Notes: a model not told the origin generated them from the letters alone. A stretch of 61,489 nucleotides of DNA, filler included, from Circinaria calcarea (GCA_051942165.1; 7 parts of 7 records of this genome joined end to end with filler, not necessarily neighbours in it), one strand, 5' to 3'; numbered from the whole stretch's first letter, positions 15,100 to 29,818 are shown. Numbers and translations are program-made.

Positions 15100-16719
15100 C
15101 TTAATGATTGGCTGTACTGGCACCAAGAGTAAAATCCCGTGCTTTATAAAGGTAAACATACAACAGCGAAAATATCGTCAGCAGATATAAACCGGCTATA
15201 ACAGCGTTCGGGGGGCTCTTGAGCTAGAGTGTGAAAAGGAAAATGCTTGCAACAATTGAAAACGATAATGAAATAAGCGCCTAAACACCAGAGGCTAGCA
15301 TGATTTCATAGATTCCTGCATAGTGAGAAATTAATGGGCTAGGAGATACAACTCCGTTACCGCTGTGAAAATAATGTGCTCGTCAATGCTGCAGCATGTA
15401 CCTACAGTCATGTTGTGTAATATTGGGAAACCCGGTAGCGGTATTCTTTTCGAGAATTGAATGGACTTGAATCAAGAAATCGCATGGTGGGCTTGTATGC
15501 ATCTAATGTGGTCATGAATCCGTTATAGGCGGCATTTGGAAAGTAGCGGATAAGATTGAGATTGATGCCACCCACACACGAGTTTGAACTTGACGATCTT
15601 AGTTGGTGGAAACCCCACGTTCAACCAAGTCTTATCTACAGCCAGCTTCGAGCTCTCTGCATAACAATGCCGGGGCGGGGTTGGTGAAGGTAGTCAGTCA
15701 TAGCTGTTCTATGACCTCAATAATCCTAACCAAGCACTCTGTCTGATGTCGTCGGCACGCGTTGTATCAGTGCTGTTGGTTTTGACCATATAGCGTTAAG
15801 GCGCATTGAAATAGTCGCTTGAGATCCTCGCTGCCTGTGGAAGATGGCGCTGTTCTGCTGGAACTCTCTGCGTTGCCAGCTTCGACGATCAAGTCCCTTT
15901 GAATCCTATCGCCATATATATCACCTGAGGCATTGATATGATTACAGCACCGCCAATAGAAGACAGCTCTTTGACGGTCATGTCAGCCAAATGCGTATGT
16001 AGCCTCGATTCAGCCGCTTCAGTAACTGGGACTGCAGTGCACAGACTTGATATTTTATATTTTCCCCTCACCGGAGGATGATCAGGAGATCACATCATGC
16101 ATGGGAAAGTCATTGACGGATTCGATAGGGTTGGCCGACGTCAGCCATGTTGCGGAACAACCTCAGTGTTCTTCCAAATGGTATCCTGACGTTAGTAGAC
16201 TGGCCGGGTATATCTCGAGGTTCAATATACGGTTGGGGGGCCGGCGTTCCGCAATCCACTTTAAACCTCTAAAGATAGATAGATGACAGAGCAAATAAGG
16301 CGATCTAATATGCGGGAACAAACCAAAGCATTCCTGACCGCTTTTCGTAAGTGGCACGTTTAAGCAAGGACCTCTTGGGTAAAAAGTCTCGATCACGATC
16401 AGGCTTTGGCGCTTGCGAGCTCAACTGCACTTTCCTCCAACTTCGTGAATGAAGTCATAGTTCCAAGGAGGGAGCTTATGCAAGGGGGTAAACAGAAGCA
16501 TCACGGCTAGGCAGCCAGAGAATTTGCTGGATCAGTGAAAAACTCATGGGACGGTTCTGTGAAACACGCGAGATACTTGCATCACCAATATGCTTAGATT
16601 ACTTTATCTCTGTAAATTCGTTTGATCATGTCTCGAAGATCTCAATAGCTGCATTACCACGACGTATGTATTCCACTGCAATATACTTTCCTACCAACAT
16701 CGAGCACGCCATGTTCCCT

Positions 16720-17513
16720 TTACTCCACCGGGTAAGCTTTGGCAATCCTCGTGCCCACCTTATAATGGGCACCCAACTGAGCAGTCAAGCTCACATTGCT
16801 CTTCGCTTCGAAAACCAACACGATGTCTGACCCGCCAAACTGGAAGTACGAAATTTCCTCCCCCTTTTGGAGCGTCATACCCACTTCGGCAGTGAGAACG
16901 ACTGAGGACACCTGCCCCATTCCCATCGGCAACACCGCAACGAGCCCGATCGCCGTCTCCAAAACCACAAGACCACGTGCCTGTGCAAACTGGTAGCCGG
17001 CCGTGTCCGGTGCGTCAAACTGCCTCATGGCACCGTCCATGCTCCGGGCCGCCACGAGCTTCTTGCTGGCGCCGTCTTCTCGGGGCGGACCGTCCACAAT
17101 GTTGACTTCCAAGTACACATCACCTGGAACGACACGAGCTTCGAGGACCTTACCCCCGACCGGCGCGTGCTGTCGATGGTAGTCCTCTGGGCCGAGGAAG
17201 GCGTGCATAAAAATGCCACCTTTGAAATTGTGCTGGTAAGGGCTATCGTGGAGTAACTCGGCAATTCTCCAGTGCATGTTTTTGATCGTCACGCCCGAGT
17301 CTGAGCGGACCTCCCATTGCCCGCCGTATGTCGAGTCCGCGGGGCTCACAATGACCGTGGGGTCGGTGATGACCGCAATGGGCCTGTACCCTGGTTTGAA
17401 GGAGCGAGCGAAGAAATCGTTGAATGTACGCCAGCCACCGCGTGGTACAATGTATTCCTTCATGTTGTAATTGGGCGAATCGCGGAAGCTCTCCAGGGTT
17501 TCTGGTGTGAGGG
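16720..17513 (-). CDS. Phosphatidylserine decarboxylase-family protein (pyruvoyl-dependent), 5'-truncated at the contig end
   Basis: TFNDFFAR, IVSPADS, AFLGPEDYHRQHAPVGG, GMGQVSS, KGEEISYFQFGGSD self-cleavage motif. Confidence 0.88.
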
Positions 17514-19419
17514 NNNNNNNNNNNNNNNNNNNNNNNNNNNNNNNNNNNNNNNNNNNNTTAATTAATTAANNNNNNNNNNNNNNNNNNNNNNNNNNNNNNN
17601 NNNNNNNNNNNNNGAACACTTTTGTGCTCCCGATAATAATGCCGACACGGGATTGTACATCGGAGGAGATTGGATAGCGAGGGGAAAGGTGGAGAAAAGA
17701 ACAAAGGGGAAATTCGTGCTCACAGGAGAAAGGCCGCTTGGCATAACCGATAGACCCTCAATCCTACTGTTCAACCCAGAAAGGCATATATATGAAGAAG
17801 AAGCTTCAGGGCTCCAAAGTTGGATCAGCGTACATTTGACCAATGGACTGTTCCATATTACCTCCAACCATCGCGCCTACCATGTGATTCAGTTCTCGGT
17901 GCAAGAGTCTAATTGTGTAAGCAGTACCCGATGGAAAACATGCCATCCTTGCTTCCTATTGGTAGACCAACTCCTTAGACTAATCAACGGAGTCACTTGA
18001 AGATACTAAGGTTCGGAGATGACAACCACATCACTAAGAAAGTCCTTGCCGACTTGTGTAACTTGTCTAGCGCTTTTACGGGAGTCATTCCGTGTGCATC
18101 ACGATCATTCTACTATTCAAAACATACTGCCAGCACTCACGAATCGGCACTAGTATCCGGAGAGAGCCTCCCTATATCCGAAAACAGAGATGATATTTGA
18201 CAATCCTTGCGGATTGTTATTCTAAACTAACCATCGTTCATGCAAAGCCGTGATGCGTGTGGGTATCATGAGTCCGCTTCCATCAATCCCGTTCGTTTAC
18301 TCGCTGTTTCCTCACGGTTGCCTCGGGTACGGCGTCTTCATGTTCATGCCTAGGGTGCGACATTAACAACCACCTTTCCCCGCCAACCTCTGCGCCGGCT
18401 GTTCACATTAAGCCTACTTGCAACACGAGAAAAAGGACTGTCGACCGCGATCAAAGCCGGACGAGGAAGCCGAGACGGAGGCGAACTTAAGGGATCCCGA
18501 TACAACCACTCTAGCAGCTATTGTGTTTCCTACGATATCAATGACACGTTCTTATGGAGGAGTTTGTTCATCGATACTGCAAGTACCCTTTTTTCCCCTT
18601 CCGAAGATGCAGGTATCCTAAGTTCCTCCAAAGTCCGAGGCATTGCGGTTCTAGATTACATTTCTTACTAGGACGTTAGCTAGAGTTCTGAAACTGGATA
18701 ACTCGCTATACCTACTAAGTAATACTGTTACTTATTCATGCTTACGTCATACATCTTTACAATATCCGGTTCTTTTTCCTATGCTAGTCAAGTAATTGTC
18801 AAGAGATTTCAACATTCAATATCGATAGGTAGAAGATATTTGATCAGCCCAGAATCTACTCTCTTAGCCGCCACAAGTACCTCCGCGGTACCCACGGAAA
18901 AGAACTTGCTACATACATATATTTTTCGCGGTTTTTGCAAGATTCTGACCTTTACTAACGGCTAAAGACTTAATTCCTCCATATATTCATGGAATGTACA
19001 TCCGTACTCGTCATCGGATCTCTGAAACAATCCCATGTCAGGTCTGCACTCCTGCATTTCAACCGACCACCACCCGAATTCAAGTTCATCACGTTTGTTA
19101 CATCACCGGTGATATAGGATACCCGTCCTTGACCCCGCGACTCTCAGTCCCCGTTCCCCTCGGTCAGGTATAGATCTATCTTGAACTGAATCGGATTTGG
19201 GTTTATCTCCGACAGCCAAGTGAGGAGATGTAAAGATTAGAAACCTTGCTTTGTTTCAAAGCCGGCCAACTACCTTCGTTACCGGTATCTGGGTATTCTC
19301 ATCAGGGAAAACAACGGGTATCATCTGTCGGTTTTCTATGATGATCTTATGTTGATATTTACACGCAGGCTTTGTCTGTCAGACTTTTCTTGTGCGCTCC
19401 GCTTGTGAACGAAACCCCC

Positions 19420-19760
19420 TGTCTTGTCCTTTTTCTTTGTACCCTCTTTTCTTCCCCTCCTCCTCCCTTCCTTACGCATCTAGTTCTACTCTATTCCTTT
19501 CCCTTCCTCCTTCTCTTCCTTCTCCTTATCATCCTCTTCATCCTCATTCTTCTCCTCCTCATTATTCTCCTCCTCCCCCTCCTCATCCTCCTCCTCCTTT
19601 CACCTTTACGTATCTAACTCTACTCAATTCCTTTCCCCTCCTCCTCGTCTTCTTCCTCCTCTTTCTCCACTTCCTCCCCCCCCCCTTCTCTTCCACCTCC
19701 TCTTCTCTTACTTACACCTCTAACTATGCTCAATTCCTCTTCCCTCCCATGCTTACCATT
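19420..19760. repeat. Polypyrimidine/(CTC/CTT)n low-complexity tract
   Basis: About 340 nt of almost only C/T on the + strand. Confidence 0.85.
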
Positions 19761-21806
19761 CATTATTTGCAACAGTTTGAATCGTCCAGATCTTACGCTT
19801 GGAACCCGACTGGGCTACTGTAGAAGAGGGGGTTTCGATCACACATTTCCATTCATTTGGGGTTGTCGGAACTGAGCATGATCGTAATCACAAGATTTAA
19901 AAGTCTCATACACACGTAACCTTGAGTCATTGGAGCATGTGACCTAAGCCTTAAGTGGGTAGAGAGGTCCTGGTCTTCGGGGGTAGAATAGAGTGACATT
20001 GTGTTGAGCATGCAGTAATGTGTGGTGGCATTCATGCTATCTGAGAGTATGTGACTGTCTAAGCTATCTACGTAGAGAAAAGTGCTTTTATGATACGTGT
20101 AGGAAGTGTTTAGCATGGACCTCCTATGCAACACATGCTTCGGTAAGCCCTATGACTTCCAACACATTGACTCCACTTGCCTCAGGGTAAATAGGGTGTG
20201 GGGGATACTGCGAGTGTTTTTGCACGGCATTATTACGGAAAGATAAGTATGTAGTTGGAACTTGGCTATGGGGTTTGCAATCATAAAATCAGTTTAGTTT
20301 ATGTCCAATATGAACAGATTACTCGTTCTACGACATCAATGTTTCACTTTGATTAAATCGAGTCACCATGAATTAGAGCACCAAACATTAATTGGATCTT
20401 CTATATTGGCAACTGCCATGAGAAACTTTGGTCATAACTATTTACTAGCTTCAGCAACAATAGACCTTTGATTATCAAAATCACAAAATGCAACTAGGTG
20501 TGTGTGAGGTACTTCTTTTCGTTAGCGAAACCTTTTTTCTCCCCTGCCTCCCTATAGTATCGTCATGACCGAAGCAACTATCCCTTAATCTTCCTGCCGT
20601 ATGGTAGCCGACTCCACGCGCCCATTTCCAGCAAACGGGAGCACAAGTTTACTTTTCACGTGTGCGTGAGGGTGCAATCAGTGGTGCGAGTGACCAGTGT
20701 GTCGAGCCCATTTGCTACAGATGGTCGGTTAGTGATATAGAAGCTGGTATATCGAACAGGAATGATAACTTACTTGGCGTGATTCCTTCATGTTTGCACG
20801 ACTGCTGGGGAGCAGCGCCTACTTCGGTAGGGAACAAGGGGACAAATCTGGATCTGATGGCGTTGGGGAGCGATACTGGGATCGGCGGCGATGGCGGGAA
20901 TAGCACTTTTCCCGGATGCTGTAGAGTGAGATCGGCGGCAGATGACGGGAGCAGCACTTTCCCCGGATGTTGTAGAGTGAGAATCGGCGGCAATCTTGGG
21001 AACACGCTGCTTTATCCAGTTTTCTATTTTATTCAGAGACGTCGATTGTGGCCATTGAGTTTTCAAGATATCCAGAAGAGAGTCGAGGACTTGATTTAAC
21101 TCTTCGCAATCAAAGTCTCCGCCCAAAACGTAACTTCGACCTTGGGATATCGAAAGATATTCATCTTCAACGTCTTTTAATCCATAACAGGAACAAGTTG
21201 TTTCTCCACCTTCAAGTTTTTGCTGGGCAATATCATACCCGAGTCCTATTTTTTTCGATACTGCACTTTCGGTGTTCAATGGTTCGTGCGTCTCTGGATT
21301 GCGAGTCCCAAGCTTTGCCACGTATGGAAGAATAGAGATTCTCTCGGTAGAGTTGTGGCGACGAACGTAAAACTAAGGATCGATTTCTTTATATCAGCTT
21401 TGTATTGGTCGAGCCAAGCGTATAAATCGCTCTACCCAGCTTCACATTTTTAATTATTACTTCCCTTTAGTAACCACGGTTCGTAATCCAGTAAGGGGTA
21501 GTTCGTTAAGATCTCTTGGTTTGCCTCGTTCTAAAAATCGTGTACTGATAGATACGGGCAACGATCCAAAATCAGGCCTAGGAGGTCCGGCAACGAGCGG
21601 GATAATACCAGAAAAATCCCAAATATAATAAGGGACGACTTAATATTTTTAAATCTAGAAATAGTATGATGTCTCTGTAGCACCTTCAAAGCACATCGGA
21701 GGTTATATAATTCAACCATACCATTATTCGGGAAGATGGAGTCATAACCTTTCTAAATTAGTACTGTCAGGGATGTATGTGGTTACATAGGGAAAGACTT
21801 AAGGCG

Positions 21807-22091
21807 CTAAGCCCATTTGCCGAGGGATATCTTCTTGTTTTCATCATCCACGTCTTTTTGAATCTCCCAAGTACATTTCTTTGCCTCTTTAAACGTGTAC
21901 TCAATCTTTAGCTGAGTAAATTCAGGAGGAAAGCAATCAGTGTGGCTCTTATAAAACATTGCTAGTTTGTCATGAACCAAACGATGTATTCGAGGACATG
22001 TGGCAGCAAAGGACGCTCGTCCACTTGCATCCAAGAACCTCAAGAGGCGAACAATGATCTCCGTGGGCAAGGTCGTAAGTCTATATCTCAT
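21807..22091 (-). CDS. F-box domain-containing ORF (short, possibly a fragment)
   Basis: LTTLPTEIIVRLLRFLDASGRASFAATCPRIHRLV fits the F-box consensus LP.E....I..YL......L..TC. Confidence 0.55.
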   Translation of the reverse strand: MRYRLTTLPTEIIVRLLRFLDASGRASFAATCPRIHRLVHDKLAMFYKSHTDCFPPEFTQLKIEYTFKEAKKCTWEIQKDVDDENKKISLGKWA

Positions 22092-24375
22092 ATATAAAAC
22101 AGCTTGCTACAAATAACTCGAAACCTTGATCCCTTCTTGCTTTGCTGCATTTCCACGGAAGAAACATCCTGTAATATGGTCGTCTGGGAATAGACGGTTT
22201 GGGAATCGAGGAGATATTATCTTTGTTGTAGCGATAGCTGAGGATGGTTATCGATGAGAATTTGAATATCATATATAAAACGAGTTTCCTCTGGCAGCGG
22301 TATAGGTTGCTCCTATTTACGTTGTGGATCTACCGGCGCTACATCCGAAAGGCCACGGTGTTGACCATCCTCAGCTGCGTCGCCTTTTTCCGGCACAAGT
22401 TTAAAACTGTAGTCGTCGCTGTGATCGCGAGGGGGGCTAGATTGCGAAAGCTTGGAAATGGTTCTCTCATACGAGTCCTCGTCAAGTCCTGCAATATATA
22501 CTCGATTTGGGGTTGATTCGTCACAATGAGGCGTTGTGTTATTGATTCGCAGTAAATCTAACAGAGATTGCCTGTGTATTTCGAGGGTATCGGACTGATG
22601 TGGTCTTGGTGAAGGCTTATCAACAAGATTAGGGATGGATGATCGAAAGGTAGGCTGGCTTTCCTGGTTACGACTGAGTGAAGGCTGGCCGATAAGGCCA
22701 TGGTGGAATGATGGAGATGTAGGCTGGTTATGAGTGAGTGAAGGCTGGCCGACTAGGTCAGGGTGGGATGGTTGATTGCGTCCACCTAAAAATCACTAGT
22801 TGGCCTGACGCCAAGTTATTAAATGTGAAAAAACTTACTTAGTACGAAGTGGAGAACTGCTGCGTATCAATCATGAGTGGTGCGACGATAATCGGCCTCT
22901 GCTTGCCGAAATGCACTCGTATGTTGTTCGTGCCCTTGTTGGAGGCATTCCAAGGCGTGGTGGAGAAGGTCCATGGTTGCGTTACTGCAAGCCAGCCTTG
23001 GCTACTATTATATATGTATGTAAGTAATTCAAGGATTGCATCTCAGAGTGATGGACAAGTTGCGGTGTTTTCAAGGAATGGGGAGAGAAAATTTTCTTAA
23101 GAAGTACAGGATGACCACCAGGGGTGAATGAAAATCACACGAAATAATGGCAAACCACTAAGAGTGAATGAAAATTAACGCGAAATGATAGCAAATAATC
23201 AAGAGTGAATATAAAATAACGCAAAACCATGGCAACATTCATATTATTAAGGTGCGTGAAGCAAATTAACTTGCCCGGCGGGTCGCTTAGGGAGGCTTCC
23301 GCGGTTAACAGTGCCGATAGCATCTTGGAGGGCTTGGATTTCGGGCGTGAGGGCGTAGAGGTTGACGGGGAAGGGGGGAGAAGAGAAGTAGGTGCGGAAA
23401 TCGATGCGGGAGGAGAAGGTTTCCATGGTTTTCAAGGGGTGGAAAACGCTAGTGGTAGATTGAGATAACTGAATATTAAATCGCGGTAAGAGTAAAGTAG
23501 CTTGGTTGATACTTATCTTTTGAGTTTAATGGGACTTTTGGTTTTTGCTGGACACTGGGGGAAATAGATAAGGGGCACAAACATCAATAACTTAGTTTGC
23601 GACGGCTCGTGAGGTCAGTAGTACGAGGAATTTAAGAGGTATATACTCAGTAATATGGTACATTGACCTACTCAATAAAAATTGAGTTATTGCCTGTGGG
23701 AGGTAATTCGAGTGTGAGGAGCACCCCGTGCAGTCATATATAGGCGCTATAGAAATAGGAAACCGAATACTTCAACCCGCTCAGTAGAGAAGGTCAGAAG
23801 CGCACTATGAGATATTAGAGGGTATCAATGGATTTCGTAGTAGCAAAGGCGTATCCCGTTGTTTGGTAAAGTGGTAGATTCGCCTCCTGTAGGTAGGTAA
23901 ATCAAGCTGGCAAACCACGAGCGTTTGCCGGTATGTTTTTGATTTTGGCACTTCTCATCCTCTCACAAATTTGTTGCTTGATCTTTAAACTAATGATGGG
24001 ATCAACCTGTAATCTAAACAAAAAGTTCATTGTGAGACTTCTTAGAACAGCCTAGCTTTGCTTGTTCCAGATTGAGTTGTGCAGCAAATGCTGTTCTCCA
24101 GGCAATGATGAAAACAGAGTCTTTCGGAAAGACATTTAACATTGCTCTTCGAAGAGATGTTTTGGCTTGTCCTAAATAGATCACATTTCCATCGTCTTTC
24201 CTGTGATTCAGCTAATGGATTTTGCCAGCAATACTCTTACCGTTTGCAATAAAGCGTGACTGGTTCAACGTTAACGACTGCTTTCCATTTAACAGAATAT
24301 AAACACCTCCTGCTTTCAGTTCTGTTCACCATCAGCTCCTTTCGCGAGAACACGTCTTAAATTACAACTTTAGCC

Positions 24376-24855
24376 ATGGAGACCTTATCTTCCAGAGTCA
24401 ACATGTGGGACTTCCAGAGCGACAGACAACGTTTACATGTCCGTTACTTCAAAACCGGAGCTTACAACAACTGGGATGCCGAAATCGCTCACTTCGAAAA
24501 TGCCATCAATAAGGTGAGAAATAGCAGTGGACCGGCCACTGCAATTCATCTCGCGTTCGATAATATTCTAGTGTCGAAAGGAATGAACGTCTTTTACAGT
24601 CCTGAGTTTCAACGCGCTTTCGATTCCTGGATGAATCTGCCAGGGGAGCAAGAGACGTTCAAGGTTCGCTGTCATAGGCCCATGATGGATGGCATCAGGG
24701 TCAGGCAGGGTCTGGACGTAGAAAAAAAGTTTAACGCAATCCTTGGGTGGGCGAGATTTGTGGACAATTCCTTGCCCGATGTTCGAGCTGTTGATGAAGT
24801 AATAGTGGTGGATGGGCCCGGTTATGGGAGGGCCATGACTGGCAAAGACCTTTAA
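24376..24855 (+). CDS. Hypothetical 159-aa protein
   Basis: Intact ORF, good start context (gccATGg), TATA-like tataaa near 24297; no family recognised. Confidence 0.55.
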   Translation: METLSSRVNMWDFQSDRQRLHVRYFKTGAYNNWDAEIAHFENAINKVRNSSGPATAIHLAFDNILVSKGMNVFYSPEFQRAFDSWMNLPGEQETFKVRCHRPMMDGIRVRQGLDVEKKFNAILGWARFVDNSLPDVRAVDEVIVVDGPGYGRAMTGKDL

Positions 24856-25202
24856 TCATTGCCAATCTCAGCTAGGGATGGAGGGTGTTCTGATGGCAAC
24901 AAATGCTTTATCTCAATTGCCTCTGATATAAATACTCTAGATCTATGAGATTGTGTCTATGAAATTACTTGGAGGTAGACACCTGGCTCGGTTGTAGGAT
25001 TTCCTTGAAGTAGCGAAGATGTAATCTGAGCTGTAAAACTAGCCAATCCCCGAAACTTTTTTCAAAAAGCACTCCTAGTTCGAGCCCGGTAGGGGGAAGT
25101 AATTGTTAGATCTGAACAGGGAAGAGCCAAGTGCAGTTGTTCGATCCACAATGGATCACTGACTTATTCAGTGAAAGTGATGTCATTGCTCATCAACAGC
25201 GT

Positions 25203-26222
25203 TTAAAGTGATATGACTAGCTTCTTCCCGCTTACCCCAGCTTTGTGCATATTCAACGCTTTTTGAACTGCTTCAATCCCACCATCTACCTTTTCAATCG
25301 CTGGTGTTGGCACATATGTCTTACTCGCCAAAGCATTCTCCAGCCAATCATTGAACAACCATGCCCCAAACTCTCTGTCTCGTACAACTTTGAAAGCGGC
25401 TGTGTTGGAGATTGTTACATTCGCAGGCTTTTCCACATCGCCAGGCCAGGGAAGGGTGAGAACCAACTTCCCACCACCAAGTGCTTCTAATACCTTAGCT
25501 GCTTGGATGAAGCTGCCGTTTTCGGAGATGGGATCGTAAGCATAATCGAGGCTGGTGTTCTCAGACTTGATATTCGAAATGATGTTGTCGACGACCTTGG
25601 GGTCCTTATAGTCAAAAGTAAACTTGGCACCAATCTTCTTAGCATAATCGTGATGTTGCAGGCTCGAGACCGCATAGACAGTGAAGCCGAGAGAAGATGC
25701 CATTTGCACCACCGCCGTACCTACGGACGAAGAGGATCCCCAGACAAGAAGTCCACCCTTTTGTCTCTCCGCATTTGGAGTGGGACGAGGAATGTCGAGG
25801 CACAGGAAGATGCCAACGCCGGCCGTGGCTACTGACATGGGCAACACGGACCCCTCCTCAAAGCTGATGTCCTCAGGAAGCTTCGTAGTTGCATTGTCGT
25901 ATAGTAGCGTGTACTCCTGGAATGCACCTTGGTCGGTGTCACTGTTTGCAATAACTCCGGCGAACCCAGCGACCCGATCTCCTTTTTTGAAATGGGTTAC
26001 TCCCTCACCAACAGCTTCGACTGTCCCACTGACATCGCTACCGAGTACAGTCGGGTATTTGTTGACAAAGAAGCCTATGTCTTGGATTTTCCAATCAACC
26101 GGGTTTATGGCAAGTGCATGATTCTTGACAAGAACCTGGTGAGCCTTGGGGGTAGGGATTTCCCGTTTTACAACGGTGATTCGTGCTTTCGCTTCCTGGA
26201 GGACGGCTGCTGTGTTGGACAT
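25203..26222 (-). CDS. Zinc-binding ADH-like / trans-enoyl reductase-like MDR protein (CipB/ToxD type)
   Basis: [62 protein letters not shown]. Confidence 0.9.
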   Translation of the reverse strand: MSNTAAVLQEAKARITVVKREIPTPKAHQVLVKNHALAINPVDWKIQDIGFFVNKYPTVLGSDVSGTVEAVGEGVTHFKKGDRVAGFAGVIANSDTDQGAFQEYTLLYDNATTKLPEDISFEEGSVLPMSVATAGVGIFLCLDIPRPTPNAERQKGGLLVWGSSSSVGTAVVQMASSLGFTVYAVSSLQHHDYAKKIGAKFTFDYKDPKVVDNIISNIKSENTSLDYAYDPISENGSFIQAAKVLEALGGGKLVLTLPWPGDVEKPANVTISNTAAFKVVRDREFGAWLFNDWLENALASKTYVPTPAIEKVDGGIEAVQKALNMHKAGVSGKKLVISL

Positions 26223-26760
26223 TGTGGTCGATGTCAATCGTATTGAAGGTGTTAGATGATACGGAAACAATTGACAATTATACACGAAAGGACTTAACGG
26301 AGTTATCGCTTTCNNNNNNNNNNNNNNNNNNNNNNNNNNNNNNNNNNNNNNNNNNNNTTAATTAATTAANNNNNNNNNNNNNNNNNNNNNNNNNNNNNNN
26401 NNNNNNNNNNNNNTGATCAATCGAAATTGGAGCGGCTCTGTATAGAGAATTAGCCAGTGTACCACTCTCACATGGTCTAGTAATACCCTGAGAAGCGTTC
26501 CGTGAGTAGCGACTGGATGAGCACGTTTTGGTAATCTAGGAGAAGCATTGTCGCACTTTTCGATCATGATATGGCAGTGAGATTCGTGTGGAAGAGAGGG
26601 ACCATATAACTGGAGTCCCAAGCTCTGCCTGCCCGCTTCCTGTTCGATGTAAGGCTGCGACATACTACGATAGGGCTCCGCAAACGGCGCTAGTGGTGGG
26701 CTGTCGGCGCTGGCTTCCCCAAAAAGTTTCGGTGCTTCTGAACAGACTGCCCATTGAAAG

Positions 26761-29700
26761 ATGGTGAAGTCGTACCTGTAAGTGCGTCTCACCGTTTCCA
26801 CGGTAGTTGCATAATACTGATGATGACAGAAAATATGAGCACTCGAAGACATTCGGTCTCATTACATCTGCTTCGTCAAACATCGTCTGGAGCCCTGATG
26901 AAAATGCGCCCAGCACAGATTCTCGATCTACAGGCGCCGGTCGAGCCATCGTTGGTGCCGACGAAGAAGTCCTCTGCTGGGACGTGAAGAAAGGGGAACT
27001 CCTTAGCCGGTGGAGAGACAGTGGATGCAATGCAGAGGTTACAGCTATTGCGCATAGCAAAGCTGATCCGGACATCTACGCTGTTGGGTGATTGAAACTA
27101 AGAGAGTCTCGTTGATATTTCCTGGCTGACATATACTCTAGATATGGCGATGGAAGCATCAGGATATGGGATTCACGAATAGCCACTGTCATAATCAGCT
27201 TCAATGGTCATCGGTCATCTATCACGACTCTTGCTTTTGACAAGTCTGGCGTACGGTTGGCCAGTGGTTCCCGAGACACAGACATAATTATATGGGACTT
27301 AGTCGCAGAAGTTGGGCTTTTCAAACTGCGCGGTCATAAAAATCAAATCACCGCGCTTCACTTCCTACAACCCGGGAATATAAGTTACGATGGTACCGAT
27401 GATGGTAGGGCAGGCGCAGACGGTGGGCTCGTAGCCGATGGGTCTGTTCCGGCCGAGGTTGACGCAGGGTTTCTACTTACAACTAGTAAAGATGCTTTGA
27501 TAAAAATATGGGACATCGCGACCCAACATTGTATAGAGACCCACGTGGCACAGTCGAATGGAGAGTGCTGGTCACTGGGTGTCTCATCAGATGCGGGTGG
27601 CTGTATTACAGCCGGAAATGATGGGGAGCTTAAAGTCTGGTCCATCGATATGCCGGGTCTTAGTAAGGCTTCCTTGCAGATCAGCGAAGCCCCGAACAGG
27701 AGGTACTTGCGGGAACGTGGTACATTCTATCGTCAGGGAAAAGACAAAACCCAGGGGGTCACTTTTCATCCGAGGAGTGGCTACATTGCTGCACATGGTT
27801 CAGAAAAAGCCATTGAGCTATGGAGAATCCGCTCAGAGAATGAGGTGCAGAAAACTTTAGCAAGAAAACGAAAGAGAAGGCGGGAAAAAGCTTTAGCACA
27901 GGGTAATGAGGATGGCATGGTCATTGCAGCTTCTCTCAAAGACGACGAGAAGATCGAAGATATTTCAACGGCGGACATTTCCGAGGTCATTGTTCCTTAT
28001 GTCATTATTCGAACAGGTGGAAAAGTACGGTCTGTTGACTGGGCAGGCTCTAGAGCAAGTAAGGTCCTTCAATTACTGGTAGCCACGACCAATAATCAGG
28101 TGGAGAAGTATGCTATTCCAACAAAGCACAAGGAGAAGAAATCAAAAGTTGAAGAGCCACCAGAATATAATCGCACCTTTGCTGTCGATATGCCAGGCCA
28201 TCGTACCGATGTTCGCTCAGTGGCCTTGAGTTCAGATGACAGAATGCTTGCGTCTGCCTCAAACGGGAGCTTGAAGATATGGAACGTCAGAACACAAAGT
28301 TGTATTCGAACGCTTGAATGTGGCTATGCTCTTTGCTCGGCTTTCTTGCCTGGGGATAAGATCGTTGTAGTCGGAAACCGAAATGGCGAACTTGAGCTGT
28401 TTGATATCGCATCATCTACCTTGATCGACACAGTCAAAGCACACGAAGGACCTGTGTGGACTTTACATGTTCACCCCGAAGGGAAATCTGTCGTGACAGG
28501 TAGCGCCGATAAATCTGCCAAGTTCTGGAGCTTCGAGATTGTTCAGGAAGAGATTCCAGGGACTAAGAGAACAACCCCTCGGCTTAAGCTTGTTCATACT
28601 CGCACTCTCAAGGTCGCCGACGATATTCTTAGTGTCCGATTTTCACCTGATGCCCGGCTACTCGCAGTTGCACTCCTTGACAATACAGTAAAAGTCTTCT
28701 TCGTGGACTCTCTCAAGCTTTTCCTGAATCTGTACGGTCATAAACTTCCGGTTTTGAATATGGACATCTCATACGATAGCAAGCTTATTGTGACTTGCTC
28801 AGCTGACAAGAATGTTCGCCTTTGGGGACTCGACTTTGGAGATTGCCACAAAGCATTCTTCGCCCATCAAGACAGCATCATGCAAGTGGCCTTCGTCCCA
28901 CACAATCAAGACGGCAACGGTCATCATTTCTTCAGCGCTAGCAAAGATCGGATGATTAAACATTGGGATGGCGATAAGTTTGAGCAGATCCAGAGACTAG
29001 ATGGACATCATGGAGAAATCTGGGCTATGGCTGTTAGCCGGACCGGAGAGTTTGTTGTCAGTGCAAGCCATGACAAGAGCATTCGCATATGGCAGCAAAC
29101 CGACGAGCAGATTTTCCTAGAGGAAGAACGAGAGAAGGAACTGGAAGAATTGTATGAAAACACTCTTACCACCTCTCTAGATCAAGAAGAAGAGACAGGT
29201 GCAGAGAAGAGCGAAGTGACCGCTGCCGGGAAGCAGACGGTTGAAACATTGATGGCGGGCGAGAAAATCGCTGAAGCCCTGGAAATAGGAATGGCGGATC
29301 TAGAGTTGATGAAGGAATGGAGAAGTGCAAAAACTTCACAGACCAACCTTGCCTTACCTCAACGTAATCCCATCCTCATGGCTTACGGCAATATCTCTGC
29401 CGAAGAACATGTCCTTGGCGTGGTACAAAAGATCCAAGCGGCAGCTTTGCAAGATGCACTGCTCGTCCTTACTTTCGACAAAGTCACTTCTCTCTTTACT
29501 TTCCTACGAATATGGGCGGAACGACAATGGAACATGCCGTTAACATGTAGAATCTTGTTCTTCATGCTGAAGACTCATCACCGGCAGATTGTAGCCACTA
29601 AGACCATGAGATCCATGTTGGACGCCATTCGCGTGAGTCTAAGAGAGGCATTGCAGCAGCAAAAAGATGAGATGGGATTTAACATGGCTGCGCTAAAGTT

Positions 29701-29818
29701 TGTGGGCAATCAGGTTCGGGATAAGGGCACAAGGGAGTATGTGGATGAAAAGGTTTGGGACGAGGAAGAGAAAGGGGAAAAGGGGAGAAAGAAAAGAGCG
29801 TTTGTGGACGTAGCGTAG
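26761..29818 (+). CDS. UTP12: U3 snoRNP WD40 protein Utp12/Dip2; introns 26778-26829 and 27088-27141
   Basis: Spliced N-terminus MVKSYLKYEHSKTFG; multiple WD repeats; LFLNLYGHKLPV, DFGDCHKAFFAHQDS, IFLEEEREKELE; C-terminal Utp12 domain. Confidence 0.95.

Noticed and set aside
19372..19823. Leu-rich and Pro/Ser-rich ORFs
   Set aside because: Products of a low-complexity C/T tract
20715..21719. Fragmented minus-strand ORFs with a short 2-copy repeat
   Set aside because: Probably a decayed gene, but no recognisable motif supports a call
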